Positions 10,162 to 24,505 of a stretch of 64,000 nt of DNA are shown one piece after another. The DNA comes from the human T2T-CHM13v2.0 reference genome, Homo sapiens. The stretch is from the NCBI RefSeq assembly GCF_009914755.1, contig NC_060925.1, one strand, 5' to 3'. Each line of letters starts with the position of its first letter. The first letter of the stretch is position 1. The translations under genes and the position numbers were made by a program. The notes under the pieces are model-generated. The model was not told where the DNA came from. It saw nothing but the letters and a program-made list of their open reading frames with translations, and made no database searches.

Positions 10162-12493
10162 GTCTGTTGAATCTGTCAGCAGCTTGCAGGCTGCTCTAGA
10201 CTTGAACAGTAATTATAGCAACTTCCTGAAAGTGAAGCCCCCATGAAAAGTCTGGAGAAATGTTCTTTGTCATGGCCTCTACATGAGTAATTAGTTCCAC
10301 ATGTGGCCTTCCTAGTTTCCCTCAGCTATTTTGGCTGGGTCTCTGAATGCTGTGCTATAGTTTGACCTAAAGAAACGTTACAGTTTTTGTTTGAAGCATC
10401 CACTACGAAACAACGACTCAGGTCTTCTAACAAATCGCCTCTGGTAGATCCATGCTGTTAGGTATAGCATTGTTTTTCACTTGTAATTCCTGATTCTGTT
10501 TTGATACTTTTGTTTTGTTTTCATGGTATTCTGTGGCTTAGTTTTATCTCTGGTTAACTAAATCTGTTGAAATTTGCCAAGTACCGCTTGACCAAAGGTT
10601 ATAAGATATCAGCCCACTGGCATCTACTTTTCTTTCCCTGTTGTGGCTGTTTTCAATTTTATATACTCTTGAATATTCTGAATATGTAGTTCTCTCACTT
10701 TCCCTCCATAGGATTCTGATCAAAGCTAGAGTTGCCTCAAACAAGAGCTTGATTAATTGCCCTTCTGAAGATCAAAATGTGAGAAAATTTCTAGGTAGCT
10801 TCCAAATTTAATTTGACCAACCAGACTAAGAAACTTAGCCTTCTTTAAAGAAAGTACAGCCAAAGCAATTCATTTCCACTGGCCTTCTGAAATACTTTTT
10901 AGAAGTAGAAAAATATATCTCTTTTTTATACGCTGCATTGTATATTTCAAAAAGCTTCAAGTGAGTACTGTCCTAAAGCATTTGCTTTTCATAAAATGGC
11001 CTCTTTTGAATCATTAAATAGCACACTACTGAAGAGTTCAAAAGTTATGACAAGCCCTTGTTATCTTGTGAGGAAGATTAAATAAGATAAACATGAATTA
11101 TCTGGCATCTTAGGATGGAACAGAGGTTAGCACTGGGTACACCATTCATAGAAATATTTATATCATCAATAGGAGTCAGAGGAATGACTTTATATCTCTG
11201 TACTTTTGCTTCCATATTTGTGTCTTTAGGACCTATTCAATAGTGCTTGCACAAGCCCATAAGACTCACCTCCCTTTTTTCCCTGTCACTGCTTGCATAT
11301 TACTGGAAATGATCTAAGTGTGACTAAATACAATCTAATACTTGTATTATATGTGGATACCAACTCCATTCTTTTCAAAGTATCTGTGTGTTTACTCACA
11401 TGAAGTCCTCATAGAGGAGCCATAAACCACTGAACCAGTAGTCAGCCAGTATTCCAGGTGTAGACCTGCTTCTGCCACAGAAAGTGAAAGCCTTTTTTTC
11501 TGCCCACTTTCATTTATGTCCATAAGACATGCCTTGGAAATTTTTGTCAAGGCAAACAAAAGGTGGTTTTGATCAGACTGCACCATGATTTCACCTTAGT
11601 CTGTACATCTATATGCCCTCAAATGGTTCTACTACCTACACCAAATAGAATCTTACAATATTTCCATCAAGTGACTTAACTTTATACTAATCATTATGAC
11701 TCGTGAAACATTTTAAGGAATTTTCTCCAGAGACAGCTATAGAAATTGAGTTCCCCTTAGAATATATGTCCATCTCCTTGAGTTTCCAGTTAACTGAAGT
11801 GTTTGTGGGTGCTCTTGCCTCCAAATAGTTCAACGAATATTTATTCTTGCCTACTCACCTGCTAGTCACAATACCAGCAACTGGGCATACAAAGATTAAG
11901 ACCTGACTCCTGCCCTCAAAAAGCTCACACTTACATAAAAAGTTAGGAATACACATCTGTTACCAAGTGCAGTTTAAAAAGTTGGTCATTCTGCTCTGAA
12001 AAGTCCTTGGCATTGATTTGGAAATGCCTTAATAACTTTTCTTACGTCTGTAAAGTTATCACTTGAATACCCAAAATGTATTGGGCCCTAGAAAGCAAGG
12101 TTGGACATGACAAATCCTTGACTTTGAGGAACTAAAGTTATTTAATTTGCTTATTTCAAAAGTTGTTGACCAAAGTGATTATTGAATCAATAGATGGTTT
12201 TGGGTGACTACAAAATTTGCTCTATTATAAAGGGTTATTAAAAGGAAACGCTGTTTCAGTTAGTTATTGTTCCCAATCTTGGCACATTTTTATGACTTTG
12301 GAAATTCTCAAATTGAAACCAGGACTGAGGCTTCTTTCTGTGTACCTCTAAAGGGGCAGGGTTACTAGTGTTTACAGTTATTTTGTGATATCCAGATATG
12401 CGTACTTCAGCTAATATTTTATAGCCTTAAGTTTTTTTTGTTACAAGATTAGTGCACAAGTTCAAACAATAGAGAGGTATGTCAAGAAAAAAA

Positions 12494-12551
12494 TTAATCA
12501 TCATTATCCATTCCAACTTCTTAATCATCATTATCCCTTCCAACTTCTTAA
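12494..12551. repeat. 27-bp tandem duplication (1 mismatch)
   Basis: TTAATCATCATTATCC[A/C]TTCCAACTTC at 12494-12520 and 12521-12547. Confidence 0.9.
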
Positions 12552-12679
12552 CCCTTTCTGTCTTCCCAAACTAATGGTAACTGTTTGGCATGATTCCTTT
12601 GACTACTTTCTCAATGGTCATTTTACAGCTTCTTTACAGATTACAAAATCCATTCATGTACAACGTATTTGTTTCTTAT

Positions 12680-12790
12680 AATAATCCTATAGTGTAGCTA
12701 TTATTATCATCCCCATTTTATTGATGATAAAATTAAAGCTCAGAGAGCTTAAACATTATTTCATCAGAGTCCACAAATGGAAAAACTCAG
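12680..12790 (-). mobile_element. MIR SINE fragment
   Basis: tattatcatccccattttattgatgataaaattaaagctcagagag resembles the antisense MIR core. Confidence 0.6.
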
Positions 12791-15244
12791 TTTTTTTCTG
12801 TGCTCAGAAGAATATTGTCAACCTACAGAAACAACTTGTTCCCCTACCGAATTCTTATAGTGCTTATATTTCCTGTTGTTAAAATGCCAATTAATTATCT
12901 GCTGCGCTTTCACAGTTTTGTACTAAGATGTTACCTGTACTGTTATTTTATGTATTTAAACTTTTTTTTCCTAGATAAAATATAAGCTAATTGAAGGCAG
13001 GAACAATATATTTGTATTTTTTTTTTTTTTGACTGGCTGATGGTAGTCCATTTAGTAAACTGTTAAAAGAATGAGTAAAGAGCTATATGGTATGCATGTG
13101 GTTTCTGGTCAAATATTCGTCATGATAATAACTTAAGAATTACAGCTCTCTTAAAAAAATCATAAATAAAAAACATAGTGTGCTTTTAATATTTATATAT
13201 GTGTCTGCAGCTACGCACCAGATTGAACTATTCTTTTTGAAATAAATGTAAACATTGAGCCAACCATATTTCCTTGCTTATTTTTGGCCTTCTAATGTTC
13301 TGGAAGCATCCTGTGCAGCTACCAGTGATATAATCTTGTGTGAAAAGCAGGATCTAACCAAGTTGTAGTGTTTCCTTTCTTGTTGTTTTCTCCTTCCCAG
13401 TTTGTATCTAAGATAAAAATCTAGCTGACCTTAGTTCATTGCAAATTAGAGAAGATAGCCCCACTTAGTTTGGCTTTATGTTGTGTAGATTAGCACTTTT
13501 TTTTTTAATTGGAGGCAATGCAGTCCCCTAATCTCCTGCATTTCCTATTTTGTTAGGGCTCAAAGGAATAGATATGTTGTAGCAGAGCATTCCACTTTTC
13601 TTCCCTTTCCTGAATCACAAACAAATGGCTTCCCTCAAATCACTGCAGTGAAGTGCCTTCTTAGGCAGAGATGCAACATCAGCCTGTAAAATAAAGGAGA
13701 AATATTTCAGAGGAGTAAGAGATTTTCCTTCAACAACTGAAAAAGAAGTTAAATCAGAAAGCTATAAATCATAAACTTAATGCAACTGATTTTACAGTCT
13801 TCAGAAAGTTTGCAAAAGACAAAGATTGTGAGAGAATTGATTTTAAAACGTACATTTACGGACGCATGTTTTGTTTTTGCCCGTCTCTAAAATTTCCATT
13901 GCTGAGTCTGTTTATTTAGAAATAAGCTCCTAACCAAAAGCAGTATATATTTTATGAACATTCTTTCCTCAAATCAATTGAGAAAGATAATGTTACGTCT
14001 TTGAATTTTACTAACCACTGGCGTGCACAGCAGCCATTTTTATATTTCAGTAGCATAATACATCCAGCAGACAAACCTTAAAAACTCTAGCTCTATTGGA
14101 TACCAGTCGCAAGAAAGTAAATATATGATTTATGACTCCAATAAAATTGGAAGCACTGTCTTGAAATCTTTAGGGGAAGGCAAGTTAAAGGGATTAGAAA
14201 ATTGTTGCTGGCCTTTTCAGGCAGATTTTAAGTGAGAGCATACTAGCAGTGTAGTCTGCTGCCTGCTTACACCCTCAAAAGCTGACAAGCATCATCTGAA
14301 TGCTATGTGCTATGAGCTCCCGTTGAATTCCATGTTACAATCAGACTTTAAAATGAGGACTGGTTCCCTTGGACAAGAGAATCATGGTGTCCTCAGGTCA
14401 CTGACAATTTTAGAATATTGACTCCTGATGTCTTTTGGCATCACCAGTATTTTATTTCCTTAGTGTGACTCAAAAATGAATATGCATGATATCCTAAGGA
14501 AAAAATACCTGTATGTGCATAATATAAGGACACAGAAACTACTTTTTTTTTTGCAGGGGTGGAGAAAGTACCCTTTCTGTGGATGGGGATACATGTTAAG
14601 CATAATGGCTACAAGGAAGCATGTGTGTGAAGGGAAGCTTTCTGCTTTACCCAGAATACCTGCAATTATGCAGTAGGTCATTTTAGAAGCTCTAAGTCTT
14701 TAAGTAATGATAGGCATACTTGCGTAATACATAGCACATTGCCTTTATTTTAGGATTTTAATCTTCTAGTATATACAAAAGGGGAAACCCAAATTACATG
14801 AATTTCTAAAAGGGTTTGATCCAACATAAGTCTGTTTAGCTGTGTCCATTATAGATACTTTAACTAGCCTTCTCAATTCTGTTCAGTTTCCAGAGAATTT
14901 ACTCTAGTTTCTAAGGACATATGAGACCATATTAGAATACTTCTATTCATGCCATCATGGAAATTGGCTTTACTTTTACATACCAAAAAAAGTACTTGGC
15001 ATATAAATTGGTTCATGTTGAAAGGTTATTTACAGGTTGCAAATGAGTATTAATCACATATCTTTATAAACACTTATTTTAGTATTAATCAACTAAAAAT
15101 GATTTCCATTTGCCACACAGAATCAGATTCAGTGCCACTTCACTGCCACTCAGGAGGAGAGTACAAAAGCTATAGAGACAATAACATATACTGTTTTCTG
15201 AATTTAGAGGTTTGTTTTGTTTAGTTAGTTAGTATTTTGTTTTG

Positions 15245-15545
15245 AGCACTGATTTTATGTCAGGGTCCATGCTAGTGTCTTTCACATGTGATATAATTTA
15301 ATCCAGCAATCCTGAAAGGTAGGATCTCTCCATGGTTACAGATGAGGAAGCAGAAGCTCAAGGAGGTAGTGTCGTGTGGGTATTCTGGAGCCAGCTGGCA
15401 TGGGTTTGAATCCTGGCTTCACAGCTTGTTATGATGCTTCCTTGGCAAATTATTTAACTTTTCTGACCTCTGGTTTTCTCATCTCTAAAACAGGGTTTTC
15501 TGAAAAGAGCTTAGAACAGGGCCTGGCCCAGAGCTAAGCTTTATG
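15245..15545. mobile_element. Two adjacent MIR fragments in opposite orientation (- then +)
   Basis: ttacagatgaggaagcagaagctca (antisense core), then gggtttgaatcctggcttc...ttggcaaattatttaac...ttttctcatctctaaaa (sense core). Confidence 0.65.
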
Positions 15546-16601
15546 CAGGTAGGGCTGCTGCGGGACACACCAGCCACCCAGGATTGTTTTAAAAACACTG
15601 TAATGGAAGCTGACTTCTTAAGATAACCATTTGGAGAATCTTTTTGAAAAGCCATCATAACCTTTCTCACCCTTGAGTTTATCTGGTTTTATTACAGATA
15701 TATGGATAGGTAGACTGATAAATAGATCTAGATATATATGCAATTGTGTGTACAAATGTATGTGAGCATATATATGTGTATATAGTATATGTAAATATGT
15801 ATATAAGTGTGTATGTATTTGTATATATATTTAAACTAGATCATCTCTATGTGAGAATTATTAACACCAAAATAAATTCTTTTCTCTTTTTAAGGTAATA
15901 TTATTTTAAGCCTAGCGCATGTGCAGTGTTTTTTTGTAATCTTAAACGTTAGTTTTAGTGTATAGACGTTTCAGTCTTTTTAATTGTTTTAACTTTTGCC
16001 TGTCAGAGCTTCATAGCAATAGTTAAAGGTTAACATGGAAATACTGGGTAAGAAATACCTTTGTAATTTTGCAAATGCAACAAGTTATTGGTTTCTATTC
16101 GAGTGGAGCTGTCACTGAATGCATTTTAAAACTACACACACATTTTGTGTACTATTGGTTCATTTTTGTTTGGGGAACACTCACTTTACTCCCAATCTTC
16201 TGTCTTATAACAAAATGTTTTCCTCTGGTACAATTTACTTTGTTTCCATCTCTCCTCAGGTTCTTCAAGAAAAAACTAGCCTTTGTTTTCATTGGCCAGA
16301 ATGGATTATGATTGCTTTTGAAATAATGTCTTGTTTTGCTGAAAAGCTAGTAGATTATTAAATAATCATTTTTTCTTTAAAGGATTTGTACTTCATTGAG
16401 AATATGTGGGGTGGTCTCAGGTGCTTCCTGGCCAGTGTGTGTGTCAACTACTAGGGCAGGTGCTTGGAGTTCAACTTGCATCCATAGGCATTTTCAGGGT
16501 CTCATGAAGTTAGTACTGAGAAGTGCACTAATTGTTGTTTGTTTGTTTTTAAGTTTTCTGAAGAGAGGAAAACAGTGAGGATAAGTGGTATAAAAGGAGT
16601 C

Positions 16602-16900
16602 TTTGTTTGTTTGTTTGTTTGAAACACTCTTCCACTCAGGCTGGAGTGCAGTGGTGCAGTAATGGCGCACTGCAGCCTCGACCTCCTGGGCTCAAGTGAT
16701 ACTCCTACCTCTCAGCCTCCCAAGTAGCTGGGACCACAGGTGTGCACCACCATGCCTGGCTAATCTTAATTTTTTTATTTTTTTGTAGAGAAGAGACTCC
16801 CTGTGTTACCCAGGCTGGTCTCAAACTCCTGGACTCATGGGATCTTCCCACCTTGGCCTCCCAATGTGTTGGGATTACAGGCATAAGCCACCGTGCTGGC
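16602..16900 (-). mobile_element. AluJ SINE with TSD
   Basis: Dimeric antisense Alu with J-type motifs (cactgcagcctcgacctcctgggctcaagtgat) and a (TTTG)n tail. TSD TAAAAGGA[G/T]TCTTT at 16591 and 16901. Confidence 0.95.
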
Positions 16901-19900
16901 TAAAAGGATTCTTTTGAATTTGCCAGAAGTAATTGCCTTCTGCTAGTGGTAAAGCCAGTTTGAAGATAATGGACTTCCCTTCCTTTTTTTTTTTTTTTTC
17001 AGTGATCCCAGACCCAGAAGTTTTTAGTACTACAATTCAATTGGTTAATTTTTGGAAAGTTGAGTCCCTCATTCTTTTTAATCTTTAACAAAGAACAAGA
17101 AAGCTAGTGGGAGTTGATTTTCCAGTAAATTTTGCCCTATGTACTTCGTAAATCAACCTTAATTTTAGTTCTATCTTTGTCTTCAGATCATAAAATAATT
17201 AGTATTGCTCACCCTGTGATTCTTATACGGGTTAGGTTGGATCTGATTTGAGGTAATGTCAACTGTAACTATTTTATTATTATTTAATTTGATTTTGTTT
17301 TAGATTGCATGTTGTAGATTCAGACAAATTTAGATGAATGCCACTTCTGTTGCATTCCCATACTATATCATTTTCAGTGCATTTGTCCTGTGTATGTATA
17401 TGGGAGGATTTCTGAGTATATCAAATTCCCCACTTAAAACTACCATTCCCACGGTATGTGTCTCCTTCACATTCATTATAGAGGAATTTTAGTGAGTTTT
17501 TTGTGTATGTGCATGCGGACAGAAACTGTTTAGAAGGGCCATGTTAAAAACGGTTTTTAACCATGTAAGATAATTTACATAACTGTGTAAGATAACTTGC
17601 TTACCAATGTACAATGTGATTGTGAAATAAAAGCTTTGAATTAACATTCACAGTGAAAACACTAAAGCCAAGTGTTTCGGTGCCCAGAGCAGAAACTGTT
17701 TGGTGATTTAGTGTTTGTACAGATTTAATTAGTTATATTTACTTTCAAAATTTCATCTTTCTTTAACAAATTCTACTTCTTTGAAGTTAAATGAAACCTT
17801 TGCTTTTTTGGATTCAACTGAGATATCAGAGAAGGAGCATTAGAATTGATTGGTTCAAGTTCAGCTGTGCCATTTCCTCATTTGTCAAATGGTGTAAAGA
17901 AAGATACCTACCTCAGAGGTGGTTGGGAGGCCTAATTCGATGATATGGATAAAATAAATTGGGATGCTTTTGAAAACATTCTGCAACAAGTTCATACGGC
18001 AACAGTTTGGAGGATTGCCATGGCAATGCCTTAGGGAAAGTGGTTATGGTGTTGTAGCAAATACCATTTCTACCCTTGGTGACTTTTATGTTGTCCCTGA
18101 ACATTTACAGAGAATAGGAGCAGAGAATATTAAACTAGTTATTTTATCAAAAGGCAGTGATATGTGTTAATTTCCCATACTTCAATATATGCATCAATCA
18201 CATGATCAGAAAGCATTCAGTAAAACAGGCTTATTAGTTTTTGCCCTTCTTCCTCCTCCTCTTTTCCACTATTTCATCTTTTCTTTCCATCTTTCCTCCA
18301 TTCAGCACGAGACTTTCTCTAACTGAGTATTCCTCTTCTCTCCAGCCCCTATTCGTCCTGTTTCTTTTTTAGAACATGAAGTTGGAATTGAGCTTATTGG
18401 TAAAAAAATGTGTTAGGTTATTTAATAAGATTTTGTTTCTTCTCCTTAAATTTTCAGTCAGATGAATTAAACCCTAGGTGTGCATTCTTAAAAACAAATA
18501 GCTCCCAAACTAATTGCTTTGATACTTCCATGTGGCCTTTAAAGTAATTTTTCTATGAGCCAGTAGCTTTTGAATTTTTTAAACATTAAGTGTCTTCAGA
18601 AGGGTGGAGAAAGAAGGATGGAGTTACAGATTGATCATATTTTTATTTAAAAGCAGTTTTCTAAGGTTCCAAAGAATATTGCATACCAAATATTTCCAAA
18701 TAACATATATAGACCTTATCGTCTGTTCCATTCATTCGTTCATTCATTCGTTGCTTGTGACCTGCTGATTCTTCTTAAACTGTCGTTTCACTTATTCTGA
18801 CATTTATATCTTATCTTTCTAACTTGATTAGAAGCATCTTGAGGTCCAGGGCCATGCCTGTAGTTTCTAGGTATGCTCTACAATGGTTTCCCAAATGGAA
18901 TCAGGTGAATAAACACATATTAATTAATCTGAGATTTTCTTGAATGGAAGGAGTCAAAGAAAGAGGATTCCTTCTGAGTAAGAATCAAGGCCACTAAAAA
19001 ATCACCTTCCTAGTTTACATTAATCTTTATTTACCTGTATAAAGATTTTAAAACTGAGTTGAAGAATGCCACAATGTGTAGGCCATTTTTGGAGCATTTG
19101 AGAGTGTGTTTAGAAGTGCCACAAAATGCTACAGATGCCATCTGACTTAAAATTCACTCACGGAGTAGTTTATTTAGATGTGTGTTTGCTGGGAATCTAC
19201 TACCAGGAGAAATGTGGAAACCACATGAAATTCACTACATAAAGAAATCTGGTTTCCATTTCTGTACTGCATTTTGTGCTAGCAGGAAGAAGATAAACAA
19301 GCTGTTTAAAACTAAAGTGAATGGCAAAGGAATTCCATTTTTAGATCCCACCCCGTAAATGTATTTTGGAATTTGCAAAACCTAATCCTATCACATAGGT
19401 CCTTTAAGAAGGGAGAAAATGTGTTGAGTCTTCTAGTATTAGCTATCTCAGTGGAATGGATGAGTAATTTTGTTTCCTGTTGATGTAGTGTAGTAATACA
19501 ACTATGACATGTGCTTCAGTTAAAATTAAAACGAAAGTCTCATTCTAGTCTTTGGTAGGCAGACATTATTCTGAGAATGAGAAGAGGGAAGGAAGCAAGA
19601 AAAGGCTCTTTTCTGTTAGTTTAAGATCACCCCTTTTAAGGAGAGGAGAATTTTATCCTAAGTTTTAATATAGCTATTTAAAACTCTGTATATGAAAAGG
19701 TATATGAGTAAGGCAGATGAGAGGAAAAAGATTGAACTGTTTTTATTTTGAGAAAAATATTCTGGAGGTTCCTTTTAAATTTTCTATTTAGTGATCCTTA
19801 TACAGTTTAAATATGTTATGAGATTGCCATTTAAAGAGGAACACACTCAGTTAAGATAAAATGTATTGTGATTAATAAAAATGTTAATATTTGAAACATA

Positions 19901-20630
19901 AAGGCCAACCATACAATTGTGATTTTCCTTTAATAAACATGACCAAATCATACATACCTATGTTTAGGAGTAATAAACATGCATTTCTCAACTTGGTAGG
20001 CCTTGTGCTTTGCAAAAAAAAAAAACCTGTAATATTTTTATAAGATCAGGAAGATCATAACATTAAATTGTTCATTTACTTAAGTAAATTAAAACTTTCA
20101 TTCCATGGCTTAATTTCTCTCCTGCTTTATGGTGGAGAAAAGAAGCTAATTAAGGTTTATTTTATATACTCTTATTTAATATGGTGCTTGTTTGTATTTT
20201 TGTTAGTTTTACTATTGTAACTTCTGCTCTGGTGATTTTTTAGCTGGCTACACTTAATAATTAATACATAATTTGTCTAAGCCTACACTCAGAGCCAAGG
20301 GGCTTTATATCTATGGAAAGTGCCATTTTTCAGGTGAGATGTAAAAGTAAACATCCAGTTATGTCATTCTTTTATTTTTTCACTCACTCCATGAACATTT
20401 ATCAGACGCCTGTGATGTTAGACTCTGTGCTGGAGATACTAAGGTAGAAAATACAAACTTTATACCTTCAAGGAGTTTGCTTGGGATGACTAAGGGGCAA
20501 AAACAATTGTTAAGAAGAAAGATAGTGATTTTAGTATTTCAGATAAATATAAATCTACACATAAGTTTAGGTTTATCTAAAAATATTATATGGTCTGTTT
20601 AGCCAATGCTAAACCATTGGTTGTTGTTAG

Positions 20631-20878
20631 GCAGTAGAGTGCAGTGACTGAGGGAGAGACTAAGGAGCTAGAAGGCCTTGGTGTGCGTCCAGCTTGACTG
20701 CTTACTTTGCTGTGTGACTTGGTGAATGTTATTTATCATTTGTGGCTTTTTTCATCCATAGAACGAGGATAATAAGTGTTTCTACTTCATAGGGATGTTG
20801 GAGGACTATATGGATTAATCTGTGGAAGCTTTCAGCATAGTGTCCAGTGTATATTAAGCACTTAAAAAAATGTTAGCT
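20631..20878 (+). mobile_element. Near full-length MIR
   Basis: gctgtgtgacttgg...ctacttcataggg...ttaagcacttaaaaaaatgttagct follows the MIR consensus. Confidence 0.75.
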
Positions 20879-20879
20879 T

Positions 20880-21002
20880 CAGGGATGATTTCCAAAATAT
20901 TTAGCAACCCAGACAGTAGGGGCATCAACCAGTAAGAACTGCTGTTGGCTGTAAAAATCTAATATGACCACCCCAGTGTTTATGGTATAGATAACAGCTC
21001 AG
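20880..21002. mobile_element. Short ancient hAT-type MITE (hAT-N1_Mam-like)
   Basis: Starts CAGGGATGATTTCCAAAATATTTAGCAACC and ends ...ATAACAGCTCAG; family recalled from memory. Confidence 0.4.
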
Positions 21003-21673
21003 TTAGCCTTCATCAGTTTTATTGTTTCTACTTAAAACTCATGCTCCATCCCCATCCTATCCTATGGACAATGGCTCCTGGACCAGGCTCTGTAGTACTA
21101 ACAGACTGTGGACTTACTAGGTGCCTGCAATTTATATTTTTGTAATCTTCTTAGTTTTGAGTACCTAGACTTAGTATAGATTTATTTCATGTTCCAGACG
21201 ATTCAGGATGTTTTTCTTACCTAATAATTCCTAGAAAGACACTAGAGCCAAGCCTTGGGTTCCCTACTTTTTTTCGCCTAATGTTGGCAAGTAATTGTTA
21301 TAATGTAGGTGTTCATTTTTTTCTCCTCCTTTCCCTCCTCCTCCTCCTGTTTTTTTCTGGAAGAGAAAAATTATATCTAAAGCTAATTGCCTTAAATTCT
21401 TTTTTAGAAAGTGATTGTATACTATAAATAAACTAACTCTTTTCAGTAATCGCTCATTTTTTTATTTTTGCAGTAAGGATAGAATGTATGTAAGAGCATT
21501 TAGGACATATAAAGCATTAAAGGACATATAAAGTGCAAAAGACATTGTCCTTTTAAGTTAGAAGACTTGATTCCCAACACTGCCACTTGCTAGTTACTTA
21601 ACTGTAGTTAATTCACTCTGTGTTACATTTTTCCATCTGCAAAATTGGGAGTAATAGAACCTTTCTCATAGAG

Positions 21674-22148
21674 CAGGAGACCCCCAACCTTTTTGGCACC
21701 GGGGACTGGTTTCATGGAAGACAATTTTTCCACAGATCAGGATGGGGTGGATGGTTTTGGGATGATTCAAGTGCATTAAATTTATTGTGCACTTTATTTC
21801 TATTATTATTCCATTGTAATATATAATGAAATATGTATACAACTTATCATAACGTAGAATCAGGGGGAACCCTGAGCTTGTTTTCCATCATCTGGGGATG
21901 ATGGGAGACAGCGACAGATCATCAGGCATTAGATTCTCATAAGGAACACACACCCTAGATCCCTTGCATGTGCAGTTCACAATTGGGTTTGCACTCCTGT
22001 GAGAATCTAATACTGCTGCTGATCTGACAGGAGGCAGAGCTCAGGTGGTAATTCAAGTGATAGAGAGCAGCTATAAATATGTACGGCCTGGTTCTTAACA
22101 GGCCAAGGACTGGTACTGCGTTCGTGGTTCAGGGGTTGGGAACCTCTG
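21674..22148 (+). mobile_element. MER1A (hAT-Charlie DNA transposon) inserted into a MIR
   Basis: Termini CAGGAGACCCCCAACC...GGTTGGGAACCTCTG and 8-bp TSD TCATAGAG/CCATAGAG. MIR sequence on both sides (~21560-21673 and ~22157-22215). Confidence 0.9.
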
Positions 22149-22256
22149 CCATAGAGTATTGTGAGGATTAAACAAGATAATACTTATCAAGCATTTAGGA
22201 CATACATTTCAGTAAATTCATTTAATTTATTGTATTTATGAAGCACTTAGGATATA

Positions 22257-22606
22257 CAGTTGACCCTCTGAATTCCATGGGTTTCACATCTGTGGATTCA
22301 ACCAATTGCAGATTGAAAATATTTGAAAAAAATTGGGTCTGTACTGAACATGTACAGGCTTTCTTCTTGTCATTATTCCCTAAACAATATGATATAACAA
22401 CTATTTACACAGCATTTACACTGCATTAGGTATTATAAGTGATTACTTACAATCTTTAAATAAGATGATTTAAGGTATACAGGAGGATGTACATAGGTTG
22501 TATGCAAATATGGTGCCATTTTATATAAGGGACTTGAGTGTCTTTGGATTTTGACATCCATGGTAGGTCCTGGAAACAATCCCTCACAGACACCAAGAGA
22601 CAACTG
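22257..22606 (+). mobile_element. MER2 (TcMar-Tigger MITE)
   Basis: TA|CAGTTGACCCTC...GAGACAACTG|TA termini; internal tgtactgaacatgtacaggc...cattattccctaaacaat. Confidence 0.9.
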
Positions 22607-22619
22607 TAGTTAACATTCA

Positions 22620-23340
22620 GTAAATTCACTTAATGTATTCAGCAGGTATTTAGAGTACTTACTATGTGCCATACAGTATTCTAGGCACTGGGGATACAGC
22701 AGTAAATTTAACAGACAAAAATCCTGCCTGCATGATAATCAAGTGCAAACAATATAGTAAGGAAAGAGAATAGAAAATCTGGGAATGGGGTTGCAATGTT
22801 AAGTAGCATGGTTAAGAAAGGTGGTATTTGAGATTATATTGGCAAGCAGTGAGGAAGTAAGCATGCGGATGACTGAGGAAAGAGCCTTTCAAATGGTGGG
22901 AACAGTATGTGCAAAGACCCTGAGGCAAGAGTGTGCCTGGAGGCCAGAGGAGCTAGAATAAGGTGAGGGGAAGAATAGGAGTAGATAAGGTTGATAACTG
23001 GGACCTGCTTAAGATCTGAGTGGTACAATGATGGGCATGGAGAGGGGATCAGGAATGTACCAGTGAAGGTTTCTTGGAGGAGAAGGTAGATCTGGAAAAC
23101 AGAGAGACCATGAAGAAGCATATGAAAAAAGGAGAACATTCCTGCTAGTGGGAAGAACATGAGCAAAGGCACAGGCAGTGGAAAAGACAGACCTAGAGAA
23201 CATCCAGGATCGCCTGTCCAGAACAGACAGTGTGCAGTGAGAAGAGAGGGAAACAAGGTTGAATAAATGAGTGAGATTGGATGATGGAGGCCTTGAAACC
23301 TAGGCAGAGGACTTTTGGTTTCTACTGATTAGAAAGATGT
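22620..23340 (-). mobile_element. L2 LINE fragments
   Basis: tacttactatgtgcc...ctaggcactggggatacagcagt; aacagtatgtgcaaagaccctgaggcaagagtgtgcctgg. Confidence 0.65.
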
Positions 23341-24505
23341 TTCTAGTCAATAGAAGCAAACCAATGAAAAAATCTAAAGTCCAAATTTAAAATCAATATA
23401 TAAACTAACTCTCTCTTGCTAAAAGATACTGTTTGGGTTTGTTTTCAGAGACAAGTAAAGAATTTAAAGTTTTATTGATAGGTTTGATGTAAAATAGAGA
23501 AAAAGTTTTGATACTTAAAAAAAGTATTTACTATTAAATAAAAGATTCCCTAATACTCTACTATGTGAGCTACAGTTATAAGCATTATGGCTTAATAAAT
23601 TAGGTGTTACTTTATTAAAATAATAATCCTTTATGAATAATCTTAGTGTTGATAAAAACATGCTGGGGATCTTGTTCTCTTCTTTCTGCACATGATCAAG
23701 CTTTAAACCTAAGCGCTGTTTTGCTTGCTGCTATGTATGTATGATCACATACTCACAAATAAGGGGCAAAATGAGAGAGGCAGTGAGTCAAGTCATCTAA
23801 ATGGTCACATTCGTCCTTTGGAAAATTATCTTGCAACTTGAGACCCATTGGCATTATTTATTAATTACTGCCTCTTTTTACATTCTACTTAATGCCAAGC
23901 TATGCAAAAAAGTTATGGTTGGAGAAAAAAGCCGTCTATGGAAAAGAACAAGCATTACCTGTGTGTGAGTCCTACTAGATTCATCAGACTTTTGTCTTCT
24001 TTGCCTCACACTTTTTAAATGTATTATCTTCAGAAAAAGCATTTTTACTTGAAAATAAGTTTGTGTTTCTGCTACAGCAAGTTCATCTCACATTGAGTTA
24101 TTGTCCAAGACTGCCATGGTAAATATAGTCTGCTCCACCTAGAACTGAACTTATTTTCATATGGATTGGTCCTCCTCAGAAATTTACCATGTGTATAAAC
24201 ATGTTTCTTTAGCTTTCAAATGTGAATGAGATCCAGTGCTAAGTTGATTTTCATGAAATCTATCTTAAGAAGTAGATGATGTGACTATCAATTGTGTACA
24301 GGATAGAATGTTAGGAAACTTTTGATTCTATTCCTGCCTTTTATTTTGCAGCAGGAATTTGGCAATGTGTGTGCTCCCTCTGTTGTTGAGTTTCTTGAGT
24401 GTCTTCATGAAATAGATGCAAAATATCAGCTAATGGCCACAATAGATTTTCACTAAAAGGCTACACGAAATTATTAATTCTGTTTGTGCTGTAAAATGTG
24501 AATTA

